A stretch of 64,000 nt of DNA from an uncultured Muribaculaceae bacterium (GTDB lineage: Bacteria > Bacteroidota > Bacteroidia > Bacteroidales > Muribaculaceae): NCBI GenBank assembly GCA_910585275.1, contig CAJUCW010000016.1, positions 22,493 through 86,492 on the forward strand. Reading direction: 5' to 3'. The notes below the pieces were generated by a model. The model worked only from the letters and a program-made list of their open reading frames with translations, was not told where the DNA came from and searched no databases. Shown one piece after another: positions 47,768 to 58,516 of the stretch. Made by a program: the position numbers and the translations under genes. The first letter of the stretch is position 1. Every line of letters begins with the position of its first letter.

Positions 47768-50443
47768 ATGAAAACGAATTTTCGATGGTGGCTCATTTTG
47801 ATGAGCGTTTTGGCCGTAGTTTTTCCTGTTGTGGCAAATGATTTCGTCGTTTCGGTAGATAAAATCTATTATATTTGTAAGGACGACGGTACGGCCGTGG
47901 TGAGAGGCATTGACAATAATAAGTATCTGGGACCATCTTATAAAGACACGGTGACATCGGTGGTGATTCCGGATATTGTCAATACCGATAGAGGTAGAGG
48001 TGCGTATAGGGTTAAAGAGGTTTATCCAGTTGCTTTTATGGACAGTCCGAATCTTGAGTCAGTGATTCTTCCGGAAGGGGTGGAAGAAATAGGAGGGAGT
48101 GCATTTAAAAATTGTAAAAAGCTAAATTTTTTACAGCTTCCGGAGGGGCTTCTGAAAGTGGAGAACGAGGTTTTCGAAGGATGTGAGAGTCTGGCTATAT
48201 TAAGACTCCCCGACACTGTGGAGACCTTGGGAGATAATGTTTTTTCAGGAATGTCTTCTCTTAAGTCTATTATTCTTCCACCCAGTCTCTTGAGCATAGG
48301 GACCACGCCTTTCTATGATTGCCCCAAACTGAAGAAAGTGGCGTTGCCTTCTCCGTTGGCTGACCGTAACAGGATTCTGGCGAAAACGGGTTCTGACATG
48401 GCTGATTTGGTTCCCTATCGGGAAGACGATTATTGCTGTGAGGATGGAATAATATATTCGCAAGATTATTCCACCCTTTATTTCGCACCGGTAGATTTTG
48501 GTGATGACAGGAAGGTGGAAATCAACAGGCCCGTAAAGACAATCGGCATGAACGCATTCTATTGTAGTGATATTGAAGAGGTGGTTCTGCCGGAGGGATT
48601 GGTTGCAATCGGTGGCGGGGCGTTTTCCTTCAGCGGACTTACCGGGATGCTGAATATTCCCGAAGGTGTGGAAGTTCTGGGCCCCAGGGCATATTTTGAT
48701 TGTGGGAAGTTGACGGGGGTGACTTTCCCCGAAACATTAAGAGAGATAGGAGATGAATGCTTTTCTAATTCCGGAGCTCTCGTCACACGGCTTCCGATGT
48801 CGCTTGAATCTGTCGGGTATAATGCATTGAGGTTTGCCGCTGCGGACGTGCTTGTTATTCCCCCCTCGGTCAAGAAATGGGAAGCGGGTGTGGGCAATCC
48901 TAAAAAGTTGGTAGGCAGTGCCCGGATTGTCGGCGGATATAAGAATCTCCCGGCTGTCATTGCCTATCCTGATGAAGTTGTGGTGGAAGATGGGTTCATA
49001 TATAGTTCGGACTATAATATCCTCTATTATGCTCCCTATGAGTTTGAGGGTGTTTGCAAGGTGAGGGAATCTGTGAGGGAACTGGGCGCCAATTCGTTTG
49101 CATATAGTAAGGCGCTCACCGGAGTGGAGTTGCCGTCAACGTTGGAAACAATCAGGGCGCAAGCCTTTTATAGTTGTCCGATGCTTGAAAGCGTTGATAT
49201 TCCGGACTCCGTTGAAATAATGGAAGAGTCGGCCTTTTCTTTCTGTGAGAGTTTGGCCTCGGTGCGTCTTTCGGAAAGTATGAAATCAATATATAACGAG
49301 ACATTCTATAAATGTAAGTCGCTTAAGTCCATAAAAATTCCTGATTCGGTCTGGCGTGTCGGCGTATATGCTTTTTCAGGTTCGGGACTGGAGTCGATAG
49401 AGTTCGGGAAGTCGCTGCAAATCATCTATAGGTTGGCATTTATGGATTGTGTCGAGTTAAAGCAAGTGCTATTGCCGGAGAGCGTCACGGAGATTCGAGC
49501 CGGTGCTTTCATGGGTTGCACAGGCTTGGAATGTGTCGTGCTTCCTAAAAAACTGTATGATTTACAAGACGGTGTGTTCGAAGACTGCAAGGGCTTGAAG
49601 AAATGTGCCTATCCCTCGACCGTACAAAATCCGTTCTCGAATGCCTGGAGAACGATAGCATATCAGCCCGAAGGTGCGGTTATAGAAAACGGATTTGTGT
49701 ATAGCGAGAATTATGACCACCTGTATTTTGCACCGACGCTTTATTCCGGCAGCTACGAAATCGCCGATGGATGCATGACTATAGGAGAGAATGCATTTTA
49801 TGAATGCAAGGGTCTTACCTCCGTGAAGATGCCGGAAACCATTAAAAATATAGGAACGAGCTCCTTCGAAGATTGTGAGAATCTTGTGGAAGTCAATATT
49901 CCCGATGGGGTGACGAAAATCGGGGATGATGCCTTTGGATATTGTAGTAGTTTGGGAGACATTACTTTGCCCGAGGGATTGGTGGAAATTGGGGATTATG
50001 CATTTTTTGGGGCGTCAGGTGTTTCAAGAATCATCCTTCCCGGCAGTTTGACAAAAATAGGTAAAAATGCTTTTTCCACAGGTTATAACGGGGAGGACGG
50101 TGTTTTGGAAATTTACTATAACACTAATGACCCTCGCGAATTTGATAATGGTATATTCGGTGGTCGGCAAGTATATGATTACGCTACTTTGTATGTGGCT
50201 CCCGGAGGGTTGGAGAAAGCCCGTGAAACAATACCGTGGAAGTATTTCTTGACTATACGCGAGAAGGAATTCGCGGGTGTCAACGGTGTTGTGGATGATG
50301 CCGCCGGGGAGATTGATTTCAACTCCTCCTTTGAGGTCTATGATATGGGCGGCATATTGGTGGCAACCTCCGTTGATGGTCTTCCCGCCGGTCTGTATGT
50401 CATCCGGCAGCACGGTAAAACACAGAAGATAATCATTAGATGA
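47768..50443 (+). CDS. BspA-like leucine-rich repeat (LRR_5) surface protein with T9SS-like tail
   Basis: Many LPxxLxxIGxxAFxxCxxL repeats; signal peptide; ends GLYVIRQHGKTQKIIIR. Confidence 0.9.
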   Translation: MKTNFRWWLILMSVLAVVFPVVANDFVVSVDKIYYICKDDGTAVVRGIDNNKYLGPSYKDTVTSVVIPDIVNTDRGRGAYRVKEVYPVAFMDSPNLESVILPEGVEEIGGSAFKNCKKLNFLQLPEGLLKVENEVFEGCESLAILRLPDTVETLGDNVFSGMSSLKSIILPPSLLSIGTTPFYDCPKLKKVALPSPLADRNRILAKTGSDMADLVPYREDDYCCEDGIIYSQDYSTLYFAPVDFGDDRKVEINRPVKTIGMNAFYCSDIEEVVLPEGLVAIGGGAFSFSGLTGMLNIPEGVEVLGPRAYFDCGKLTGVTFPETLREIGDECFSNSGALVTRLPMSLESVGYNALRFAAADVLVIPPSVKKWEAGVGNPKKLVGSARIVGGYKNLPAVIAYPDEVVVEDGFIYSSDYNILYYAPYEFEGVCKVRESVRELGANSFAYSKALTGVELPSTLETIRAQAFYSCPMLESVDIPDSVEIMEESAFSFCESLASVRLSESMKSIYNETFYKCKSLKSIKIPDSVWRVGVYAFSGSGLESIEFGKSLQIIYRLAFMDCVELKQVLLPESVTEIRAGAFMGCTGLECVVLPKKLYDLQDGVFEDCKGLKKCAYPSTVQNPFSNAWRTIAYQPEGAVIENGFVYSENYDHLYFAPTLYSGSYEIADGCMTIGENAFYECKGLTSVKMPETIKNIGTSSFEDCENLVEVNIPDGVTKIGDDAFGYCSSLGDITLPEGLVEIGDYAFFGASGVSRIILPGSLTKIGKNAFSTGYNGEDGVLEIYYNTNDPREFDNGIFGGRQVYDYATLYVAPGGLEKARETIPWKYFLTIREKEFAGVNGVVDDAAGEIDFNSSFEVYDMGGILVATSVDGLPAGLYVIRQHGKTQKIIIR

Positions 50444-50514
50444 TGACGTGTCTAAACCGCTTGTCCATAAAAGGAAGGTGGCAAAATAACAATAACCGAT
50501 AATACTTAACCGAT

Positions 50515-52788
50515 ATGCGAAACAAACCTATTTCATACCACTGCATATATTCGATTAAGGGCACAATGGCTCGATTGCGGGACATTCATCCGTGGCTAAC
50601 AAGAATTGCCGCTTTTCTGGCATTTATTTTTGTCGGAAACGTCATGCTTGCGGAAAGATTCGAAAAAAATGGATTCAAGTATGAAGTCATTCTTAATACC
50701 TACAATGTGTCTGTCAGTTCGTCAGAAAATGTGTATGTCTATGTGAATTTGTACATTCCAGACAAGGTTGTATATAACGGTCTGGAATATACGGTGACCG
50801 ATGTGGGTGATTTCAGCAATTGTAGAAATTTGATGTCCGTGACTTTCCCGGCCACCATACGGACTATCGGGAGCGAGGCTTTCAAAAATTGTGACAACTT
50901 GAAAAAGGTAACGTTTTCCTCAAACGTAGGTATCGGTTCGAATGCCTTTGTCGGATGTTACCACATCGATGAAGTTCATATCCCTGATGTTTCGGATTGG
51001 TTACGCATGGGCTTTGGCAATGGGGCAAGCAATCCTGCCAATTCTGGACGTCTGTATGTCGGTGGTTCTCTTTTGACGGAACTTGTTGTGCCGGAAGGAA
51101 TAGACGAGATCAGAGGGTATGCTTTTCGCTCGAATAGTTTTCTCAAATCGGTTGTGCTTTCAAACACCGTCACGTGTATAGGAGAGGAAGCTTTTTCCGA
51201 GTGTAGAGCCCTTACTACAATTGATATTCCCGGCTCGTTGGCCTATATAGCCGGGGATGCGTTTTCCAATTGTGAAAAGCTGGAAGCAGTCCGTATTTCC
51301 GATTTGGCGGCGTGGTGCCGGCTGGGATTCGAGGGTGGGTTGAGCAATCCTCTGTACTATGCGCATAATCTCTATCTGAATGATGAATTGGTTACCGACA
51401 TCGTCATTCCCGAGGGAATAGTGGAAATCAAAGATTATGCTTTTGCCGAGTGTAAGAACCTCACTTCTGTCGTGATGCCGTATTCCGTGGCTATAATCGG
51501 TAAATCGGCATTTTCCGGATGCAAGCTGTCTGCGGTCAGAATTCCCGACGGCACAAAAAAGATTGACGATAATGCTTTTAACAACAACGTTCCTTTAAAG
51601 TATTTGACTATCGGCCAATCGGTGGAGGAGATTGGCATGCGGGCTTTCTTATTCTGCAATGCGCTTGAACATATCAATGTCTTGGCAAGCGAGCCGCCGG
51701 CGCTCAGGGATGAACATACATTTGGTAGTGGTTGGGGCTGGCCTTGGCCGGGTCATGTACACGTGCCGAAAGGATGTCGTGATAAATATGCAAAGACGTA
51801 TTGGGGAAGGTTTGATTATTCTATTGACGAGGAGTTTTATGTCTTCCCCGAAAGAATAACAATCCTCCCCGAAACTAATGTAATTAAACAATCCGAAGTA
51901 ATAAAACTGGAAGCGGAGGTGCTTTCTGACAGTGTTTCCGATAAGACGGTTATATGGAAAAGCAGCGACGACTCTGTGGCGACGGTTGACAGGGATGGAG
52001 TGCTCCGCGCGGTTGCTCCGGGAGAGGCCACGATAACGGCGACTGCCTTAACCGGACTTTCTGCATCTATGCATATTACAGTCGAGCCTGTTCTGGTGGA
52101 ATCGATATCCTTATCCGAATCGGAACTGAAAGTGGTTATCAACCAATCTATTAGTTTCTATCCTACTTTTAAATATTCGATTCTTCCGTCAAATGCAAGC
52201 AATCAGGATGTAGAATGGTTATCAACAAATCCGGATGTCGGCACGGTTGACGGATTCTGTAGATTCCAGCCGCGTAGTGTAGGCGAGACGGATATTGTAT
52301 GTAAAACCACCGATGGTACGGATCTTTCCGCCACATGCCACGTCACCGTAATCAAGGAGGTTAAGTCGATACGGCTAAGTGAATCGTCTATTTACGTGGA
52401 CGACAAAGGGCCAAATGAATTTCAGTTGGAGGCAGAGGTCTTTCCTTACGACGCCACATTCCGGTCGGTTGAATGGAAATCGACCGATGAAGAGGTGGCC
52501 ACGGTGGATCAGACGGGTCTGGTTACAGTCCATTCAAGAGGTAATTGTGGAATTCGCGTTTGCGCCACGGATGGGAGTGGAGTTGTCGCGACATGCAGGC
52601 TCTCCAGCGATTATTCTTCGGTAGAAGGTGTCGTTGACGATGGTGCCGACGTGATTGATATCTACTCCATCGACGGTGTCTTGCTCCACTCGAAATCCTC
52701 TCGCGAGATGCTTGATTCCCTTTCTCCCGGCATATATATCATTCATGAAATGGGAAAATATAGAAAGATATTGGTTCAAAAAAGCTAA
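50515..52788 (+). CDS. BspA-like LRR protein with Ig-like (Big_2) domains and T9SS-like tail
   Basis: LRR_5 repeats, three WxSxD/NxxVA/GTVD Big_2 repeats, GIYIIH...KILV end. Confidence 0.88.
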   Translation: MRNKPISYHCIYSIKGTMARLRDIHPWLTRIAAFLAFIFVGNVMLAERFEKNGFKYEVILNTYNVSVSSSENVYVYVNLYIPDKVVYNGLEYTVTDVGDFSNCRNLMSVTFPATIRTIGSEAFKNCDNLKKVTFSSNVGIGSNAFVGCYHIDEVHIPDVSDWLRMGFGNGASNPANSGRLYVGGSLLTELVVPEGIDEIRGYAFRSNSFLKSVVLSNTVTCIGEEAFSECRALTTIDIPGSLAYIAGDAFSNCEKLEAVRISDLAAWCRLGFEGGLSNPLYYAHNLYLNDELVTDIVIPEGIVEIKDYAFAECKNLTSVVMPYSVAIIGKSAFSGCKLSAVRIPDGTKKIDDNAFNNNVPLKYLTIGQSVEEIGMRAFLFCNALEHINVLASEPPALRDEHTFGSGWGWPWPGHVHVPKGCRDKYAKTYWGRFDYSIDEEFYVFPERITILPETNVIKQSEVIKLEAEVLSDSVSDKTVIWKSSDDSVATVDRDGVLRAVAPGEATITATALTGLSASMHITVEPVLVESISLSESELKVVINQSISFYPTFKYSILPSNASNQDVEWLSTNPDVGTVDGFCRFQPRSVGETDIVCKTTDGTDLSATCHVTVIKEVKSIRLSESSIYVDDKGPNEFQLEAEVFPYDATFRSVEWKSTDEEVATVDQTGLVTVHSRGNCGIRVCATDGSGVVATCRLSSDYSSVEGVVDDGADVIDIYSIDGVLLHSKSSREMLDSLSPGIYIIHEMGKYRKILVQKS

Positions 52789-52820
52789 ATCTTGCCATAA
52801 TGTTGCTTTCGCCACTAACT

Positions 52821-52868
52821 GGGGGGGATTGCCGCGGAATTAATCGTAATTCCGCGGCAATCCCCCCG
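52821..52868. terminator. Strong GC-rich hairpin between convergent genes
   Basis: GGGGGGATTGCCGCGGAATTA-ATCG-TAATTCCGCGGCAATCCCCCC. Confidence 0.7.
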
Positions 52869-52961
52869 CTAATTTATAGGTTGTAATTCATAAGAATATA
52901 TGTTTTATGGGGATTTGTAATAAATAATCCGGTTTATGCCTGAGAAATGGCGTCATAGGCA

Positions 52962-53438
52962 TTACCATGGCGCTCCTTTTATGCGGGAATAGAGGTATGT
53001 GACGGTTTGGCCGCCCGTGGTTTTCCATTGTAGCCAGAGGGTGTCGCCCGAATCGGTAAACCAGTATGCCATCGTAGAGGCGGAGCCGTCTTCATATTGT
53101 ATGTTAATCTGATAATTCGAGGTCTGGGAGCCGGATTTCTGGCAGAAATAAGCCATTTCTTCGGAGGCCGGGCGGTTGTTGTAGTAGTAATAATAGCGTC
53201 CGTGGCCTCCGCCGAAGAAGTCCATGTAGTTGGTGTCGTAGCTTCCCACAGGCGCGGAATTGGCTTGCGTGAGTTCCCACGTACCTTCGAGGCGCGAGTC
53301 GTAGAAATAGTTGGAACCCCAGCCCGACGGCGGGTTGTAGGGCCAATAATCGTCGTCGGCACAGCCGGTGAGCATGGTGGAGCCGCAGCCAATCAATAGA
53401 GCGGCCGCCAAAGCAAAGAAAGCGGAGCGTTTTTTCAT
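52962..53438 (-). CDS. Hypothetical lipoprotein (lipocalin-like)
   Basis: LTGC lipobox; LEGTWEL motif. Confidence 0.7.
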   Translation of the reverse strand: MKKRSAFFALAAALLIGCGSTMLTGCADDDYWPYNPPSGWGSNYFYDSRLEGTWELTQANSAPVGSYDTNYMDFFGGGHGRYYYYYNNRPASEEMAYFCQKSGSQTSNYQINIQYEDGSASTMAYWFTDSGDTLWLQWKTTGGQTVTYLYSRIKGAPW

Positions 53439-53515
53439 AACCTTGATGTTTTGAGTTATCCTGTTATAATAACTTTAAACCCTCCAGGCCATGAAATGGT
53501 TTATTACACCGAATG

Positions 53516-54013
53516 TTAAAAATCGGTGAAGCAGAACGGGAGAAGGGAGGCTACGGAGTGGAAGACGTAGGTCTTTTTGCGTCCGTACAGAATCACTTCG
53601 ATTTCGCCGTAGGCCACCTCATATTCGAGGAGTGCCTGGCGGCACGCCCCGCACGGGCTTATAGGGTTTGACTGGAAATAATCTTCCCACGGCCGCCCTT
53701 CTGGGGCATGCAGTTTCGTCCATGCGGCGATGGCTATTTTCTTCATGGCGAGGCCGGGATGTGAGGCGGAGGCGTAGAATGCCGCAGTGCGTTCGGCGCA
53801 TGTGCCTGAAGGATAGGCCGCGTTCTCTTGGTTGCTTCCTTTCACTATCGAACCGTCTGCCATGAGTATGGCGGCTCCTACGCGAAACTGTGAATAGGGG
53901 GAATAGGATGTGCGTGTGGCGTCTTTTGCCGCATCTATGAGTCGGCGGTCGGCTTCCGGAAGCTCGGCGTAGTCATATTCCCTGACGAGTGTGGTTATCT
54001 TGAATTCTTTCAT
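53516..54013 (-). CDS. cdd: Cytidine deaminase
   Basis: SYSPYSQFRVGAA, NQENAAYP, CAER and PCGACRQ motifs. Confidence 0.93.
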   Translation of the reverse strand: MKEFKITTLVREYDYAELPEADRRLIDAAKDATRTSYSPYSQFRVGAAILMADGSIVKGSNQENAAYPSGTCAERTAAFYASASHPGLAMKKIAIAAWTKLHAPEGRPWEDYFQSNPISPCGACRQALLEYEVAYGEIEVILYGRKKTYVFHSVASLLPFCFTDF

Positions 54014-54184
54014 AGCATGATTCGTTGGCGCGTCACCGCCGATACGGCGGGTTGGCGGGTGATGTTGCAAAATTAACTAAAACTTTATTGAGGGTGAAGA
54101 AAAATAGTATAATTTTGCAACTTCATTCCGGCAGATATTGTTCTTTGCCGGTCTTTTCCACTAAATCTAAGAGGTTTCTTTTTC

Positions 54185-55099
54185 ATGAAGATAAGGAAGA
54201 TGTTTTCAAAAACGCCATTCTTGCGTAAGGCGGTTGCTATGGTGCTTGCCGCCATGTCGGTTTGCGGGCTGTCGGCCTCGAATCCTTACGAGGAATATAT
54301 CGACCGCTATTGCTCGCTCGCGATGGAGCATCAGGAGGAATACGGCATACCTGCCTCCATCACCCTGGCGCAGGGGCTTCTGGAGAGTGCCGCCGGGAGG
54401 AGCACTCTTGCAAGCGAGGGCAACAACCATTTCGGGATAAAATGTCATAAGGAATGGAAGGGAAAGACCATGCTCCGCGATGACGACGCGCGCGATGAAT
54501 GCTTCCGCGTGTATGCCACCCCCGAAGAAAGTTTCAGAGACCATTCTTTGTTCCTGCGGCGCACGCGCTACAGTCGGCTTTTCGACCTCGACATAACCGA
54601 TTATCAGAACTGGGCGAAAGGGCTGCGGGAATGCGGCTATGCCACCGACCCCAATTATGCCGCGCGTCTGATAACCATAATAGAGCGTTATTCGCTATAT
54701 TCCTATGACACCCCGGGGGGGCGCGATGCGGAGGAAACGGCAGCTTTCATCCGCGACATGCTCGTTAGAAGCCATCCCGTAAGGCGTACAAGAGGGTTGC
54801 ATTATGTTGTGGCTACTCCCGGCGACACCTACAAGGCGATAGCCAAAGAATTTAACATCAAAACCAAGACCCTTATGAAATATAACGATGCTGACCACGA
54901 CCGTGAAATAAAGGCATGGGAAGAGGTATATCTCGAAGAAAAACTCGACGAAGGCCCCGAAGGGATGGTTGCGGCTACAATCGGCGAGGGGGAGTCGATG
55001 CATTCCCTGGCGCAACGGTTTGGCATGAAAATGGAGAAGCTGAAAGCCTTAAACAAAAAGGCAAAAGACCGCCCCGGCACCGAACTCAGGCTTCGTTGA
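54185..55099 (+). CDS. GH73 glucosaminidase with LysM domains
   Basis: GIPASITLAQGLLES, NNHFGIKC, GYATDPNYA and C-terminal LysM-like repeats. Confidence 0.9.
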   Translation: MKIRKMFSKTPFLRKAVAMVLAAMSVCGLSASNPYEEYIDRYCSLAMEHQEEYGIPASITLAQGLLESAAGRSTLASEGNNHFGIKCHKEWKGKTMLRDDDARDECFRVYATPEESFRDHSLFLRRTRYSRLFDLDITDYQNWAKGLRECGYATDPNYAARLITIIERYSLYSYDTPGGRDAEETAAFIRDMLVRSHPVRRTRGLHYVVATPGDTYKAIAKEFNIKTKTLMKYNDADHDREIKAWEEVYLEEKLDEGPEGMVAATIGEGESMHSLAQRFGMKMEKLKALNKKAKDRPGTELRLR

Positions 55100-55281
55100 A
55101 ATGGCGTCGGAAAGACGAAGAAAGTGTAAAAATGCGTGAAAAAAGGCAAATTAAGCGCGAATGTTTGCATGGGATAAAAATTTTGACTAATTTTGCGCGT
55201 AAATCAGTATATGCGTCTGCCCGGCAGGTGCCTGTCAGTCAGTTCCGGCGAGAGCCGGGTGCCGGCTGAGGTCTGAAAGAT

Positions 55282-55353
55282 GCCTCTGTAGTTCAACGGA
55301 TAGAATAGAAGTTTCCTAAACTTTAGATAGGAGTTCGATTCTCCTCGGAGGTA
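55282..55353 (+). tRNA. tRNA-Arg (CCT)
   Basis: Acceptor GCCTCTG/CGGAGGT, D arm, anticodon loop TTCCTAA, T-loop TTCGATT. Confidence 0.93.
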
Positions 55354-55395
55354 CCGATAACATAAATCCCGGAAGTTGGCAGGTGGGTTAAACAC

Positions 55396-55950
55396 ATGTC
55401 GGCTTTGTTGCACTTTTTAAACACCAAAGTGGGAAAATTTTCACAATATAAGGTTCTGCTTGCATCTCTGGGAGAGGGCAGGCATGAGCAGGATTTCGAA
55501 TGTGGCACGGAGTTTTTCAGAAATATGGAAAACCCCGATGTCATATCTTCTGATGTGCATGTCCACCTCGATCTGGTGAAGAAAAACGACGCCTATGACT
55601 GCACTTTCCATTGCAAAGGGATGATGCAGATTCCGTGCGACCGTTGCCTCGACCCGCTTGACCATGAGGTTGACACCACCTACCACATCACCGTGAAATA
55701 TGGCGAGGACTATAAGGATGACTCCGACGACCTCCTGATAATTCCCGAGAGCGACGCCTATCTCAACGTGGCGTATATGCTCTATGACACAATAGTGCTC
55801 ACCATTCCGCTGAGGCACGTGCATCCCCTCGGGAAATGCAACCGCGCGATGGCGGCGGCGCTCCACAAGCATCACACCGCCGGCGGCGACGAACTCGATG
55901 AAGCCCTCGACGAGGTGGATTCCGAGATTGAGAATGAGAGTGAAGAATAA
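55396..55950 (+). CDS. yceD: DUF177/YceD family protein (may start at GTG 55429)
   Basis: CDRCL and IPLRHVHP..C motifs; directly upstream of rpmF. Confidence 0.88.
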   Translation: MSALLHFLNTKVGKFSQYKVLLASLGEGRHEQDFECGTEFFRNMENPDVISSDVHVHLDLVKKNDAYDCTFHCKGMMQIPCDRCLDPLDHEVDTTYHITVKYGEDYKDDSDDLLIIPESDAYLNVAYMLYDTIVLTIPLRHVHPLGKCNRAMAAALHKHHTAGGDELDEALDEVDSEIENESEE

Positions 55951-55978
55951 AAACAAAAACAATTAAAAATACAGAACA

Positions 55979-56161
55979 ATGGCACATCCTAAACGCAGAC
56001 AATCGCATACCCGCACCGCGAAACGTCGTACTCACGACAAAGCCCTTATCCCGACACTCGCCATCTGCCCCAACTGCGGCGCATGGCACGTTTATCACAC
56101 CGTTTGTGGCGAATGCGGCTACTACCGCGGCAAGCTCGCGATTGAAAAGGCAGCTATCTAA
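55979..56161 (+). CDS. rpmF: 50S ribosomal protein L32
   Basis: MAHPKRRQS...CPNCG...HTVCGECGYYRG. Confidence 0.97.
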   Translation: MAHPKRRQSHTRTAKRRTHDKALIPTLAICPNCGAWHVYHTVCGECGYYRGKLAIEKAAI

Positions 56162-56259
56162 GCCGTCGGCTTAAACATGCGCCTTTGCTAAAAACATCAC
56201 CGGGGCCGGCCTTACACATATGCCGGCTCTTTATCTATATTTATTTCTAAGCAGGAATT

Positions 56260-57249
56260 ATGCTAAACGCAAAAATCAGCGGCATCGCTTCTTACGTGCC
56301 GGACGATATCCTCGACAACGATATGCTCTCAAAGATGGTTGACACCAACGACGAGTGGATCACCACCCGCGTGGGCATCAAGGAGCGCAGAATACTGAAA
56401 GAGGAGGGAAAAGGTTCGAGCTATCTCGGCATCAAGGCTGTGGAGAAACTTCTGTCTGACACCGAAGTTAAACCCGAGGAAATCGACCTCCTTATCTGCG
56501 CCACATCGAATCCGGACTATCGATTCCCTTCTACCGGCTCCGTCATCGTGCATGAGACGGGAATGACCAACGCTTATTCTTACGATATTCAGGCCGCTTG
56601 CGCCGGATTTATCGTCTCCCTTCAGGCTGCCCGTGCATATGTCGTGTCGGGTCTGTATAAGAAGGTTGTGGTGGTCTGCGCCGAAAAGATGTCGAGCATG
56701 ACTGATTATCAGGACCGCGCCACCTGTCCCCTCTTCGGCGACGCTGCAGCCGCTGTGCTCGTGGAGCCTACAGAAGAGAACGTGGGAGTTATAGACGGTG
56801 AATTCCATGTCGATGGCACGGGATTGCCACACCTCCTCATGAAAGCCGGCGGAAGCGTGAAACCTGCCACCGTGGAGAGCGTGGAGGCTCGCGAACATTA
56901 CATTTATCAGGAAGGCCGTGCCGTCTATAAGAATGCGGTGAGCGATATGCTCTCTTCTACCCTGTCGGTGATGAATCGCAACAATCTTACGGTTGACGAC
57001 GTTGACTGGCTCGTGCCCCACCAGGCAAACCTCAGGATTATAGAGGCCGTGGCCGGGCGCACCAAGATTGACGAAAGCAAGGTGCTTGTTAACATACAGC
57101 ATTACGGCAACACGTCGGCCGCTTCGATACCCCTTTGTCTCGACGAATTTAAACATAAGCTCAAGAAGGGCGACAAGGTGATGATGACGGCTTTCGGTGC
57201 CGGATTCACATGGGGAGCCATGTATATAATCTGGGCGTTCGACTCTTGA
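56260..57249 (+). CDS. fabH: Beta-ketoacyl-ACP synthase III
   Basis: WITTRVGIKERR, AACAGF, PHQANLRII, GNTSAAS and FGAGFTWG motifs. Confidence 0.96.
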   Translation: MLNAKISGIASYVPDDILDNDMLSKMVDTNDEWITTRVGIKERRILKEEGKGSSYLGIKAVEKLLSDTEVKPEEIDLLICATSNPDYRFPSTGSVIVHETGMTNAYSYDIQAACAGFIVSLQAARAYVVSGLYKKVVVVCAEKMSSMTDYQDRATCPLFGDAAAAVLVEPTEENVGVIDGEFHVDGTGLPHLLMKAGGSVKPATVESVEAREHYIYQEGRAVYKNAVSDMLSSTLSVMNRNNLTVDDVDWLVPHQANLRIIEAVAGRTKIDESKVLVNIQHYGNTSAASIPLCLDEFKHKLKKGDKVMMTAFGAGFTWGAMYIIWAFDS

Positions 57250-57464
57250 TTACCGTAAGAGTCGCCGGTGCGATTTTATACTGAATTTGCGGGCCAATGG
57301 ATTTTGTTTTCCATCGGCCCGTTTTCTCTTTACCACGCTTGGGTTAAACATCATAACCTTTGCGGCGTTAATTCTATAGGCACCCTTGTCTATTTTGTCT
57401 TTGTTTTCTCTTCCGTAAAAAAAGACAGCGGGCAGAGGAGCTTGTAATCTAAAACGTAATCAAC

Positions 57465-58388
57465 ATGGAAGAAGAAATTAAAGATACCGTAGGGGGTGTG
57501 GCGGAAAATCACAAGGCGGGATTCGTGAACATCGTGGGTAATCCCAACGTGGGGAAATCGACACTCATGAACGACCTTGTCGGCGAAAGGCTGTCTATCA
57601 TAACTTCGAAAGCCCAGACCACACGCCATAGGATTATGGGAATCGTAAATACCGACGATTACCAGATTGTATATTCCGACACTCCTGGAGTGCTGAAACC
57701 GAAATATAAACTCCAGGAATCGATGCTCGAGTTTTCGGAGGGGGCATTGACCGACGCCGATATTTTGCTCTACGTAACTGACGTGGTGGAGGATCCCGAG
57801 AAAAACAAGGATTTCCTCGACAGGGTGGCCAAGGAGACCGTGCCGGTGCTTTTGGTTATCAATAAGATTGACCTCCTTAAAGGTGATGGTGAACTTGAAA
57901 AGCTCGTGGAACGTTGGCATCAGCGTCTGCCGAATGCAGAGATATTCCCGACAAGCGCCACTGAGCATTTCAACGTAGATAACCTTAAACGCCGCATAGA
58001 GGAACTCCTCCCGGTGTCGCCTCCGTTCTTCGGAAAAGATGCCCTTACCGATAAGCCGGCACGTTTCTTCGTGACGGAAATCATACGCGAGAAGCTCCTT
58101 CTAAACTATGACAAGGAAATACCTTACAGCACGGAGGTGCTCGTGGAGAAGTTCGACGAAAAAGAGACTGCCATACATATCATGTCCGTGATATATGTGG
58201 AGCGAGACTCGCAGAAAGGCATTATCATCGGCAAAGGAGGTGACAAAATAAAAAAAGTGGGGATAGAAGCCCGTCATGACATAGAGAAGTTCTTTGGCAA
58301 GAAGGTGTTTCTCGAACTTTTCGTAAAAGTGGAGAAAGACTGGCGCAACCGTGAGAACAAGCTCCGTGCATTCGGATATATGGAATAA
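57465..58388 (+). CDS. era: GTPase Era
   Basis: GNPNVGKST, QTTRH, DTPG, NKID and KH domain (SQKGIIIGKGG). Confidence 0.96.
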   Translation: MEEEIKDTVGGVAENHKAGFVNIVGNPNVGKSTLMNDLVGERLSIITSKAQTTRHRIMGIVNTDDYQIVYSDTPGVLKPKYKLQESMLEFSEGALTDADILLYVTDVVEDPEKNKDFLDRVAKETVPVLLVINKIDLLKGDGELEKLVERWHQRLPNAEIFPTSATEHFNVDNLKRRIEELLPVSPPFFGKDALTDKPARFFVTEIIREKLLLNYDKEIPYSTEVLVEKFDEKETAIHIMSVIYVERDSQKGIIIGKGGDKIKKVGIEARHDIEKFFGKKVFLELFVKVEKDWRNRENKLRAFGYME

Positions 58389-58516
58389 TAGTCGTTAGTT
58401 TGTTAGTAGTGAGTCTTTAAAGTCTTTAAAGACCTTAAGGACTTTTAGCCTTAAACCCTAAACTTTAAACCGACAACTAAAGACCGGCAACTGAAAACTG
58501 AAAATCCAAAAAGCAA

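Noticed and set aside
55979..57249. Absence of plsX between rpmF and fabH
   Set aside because: A common arrangement in Bacteroidales; not unusual.
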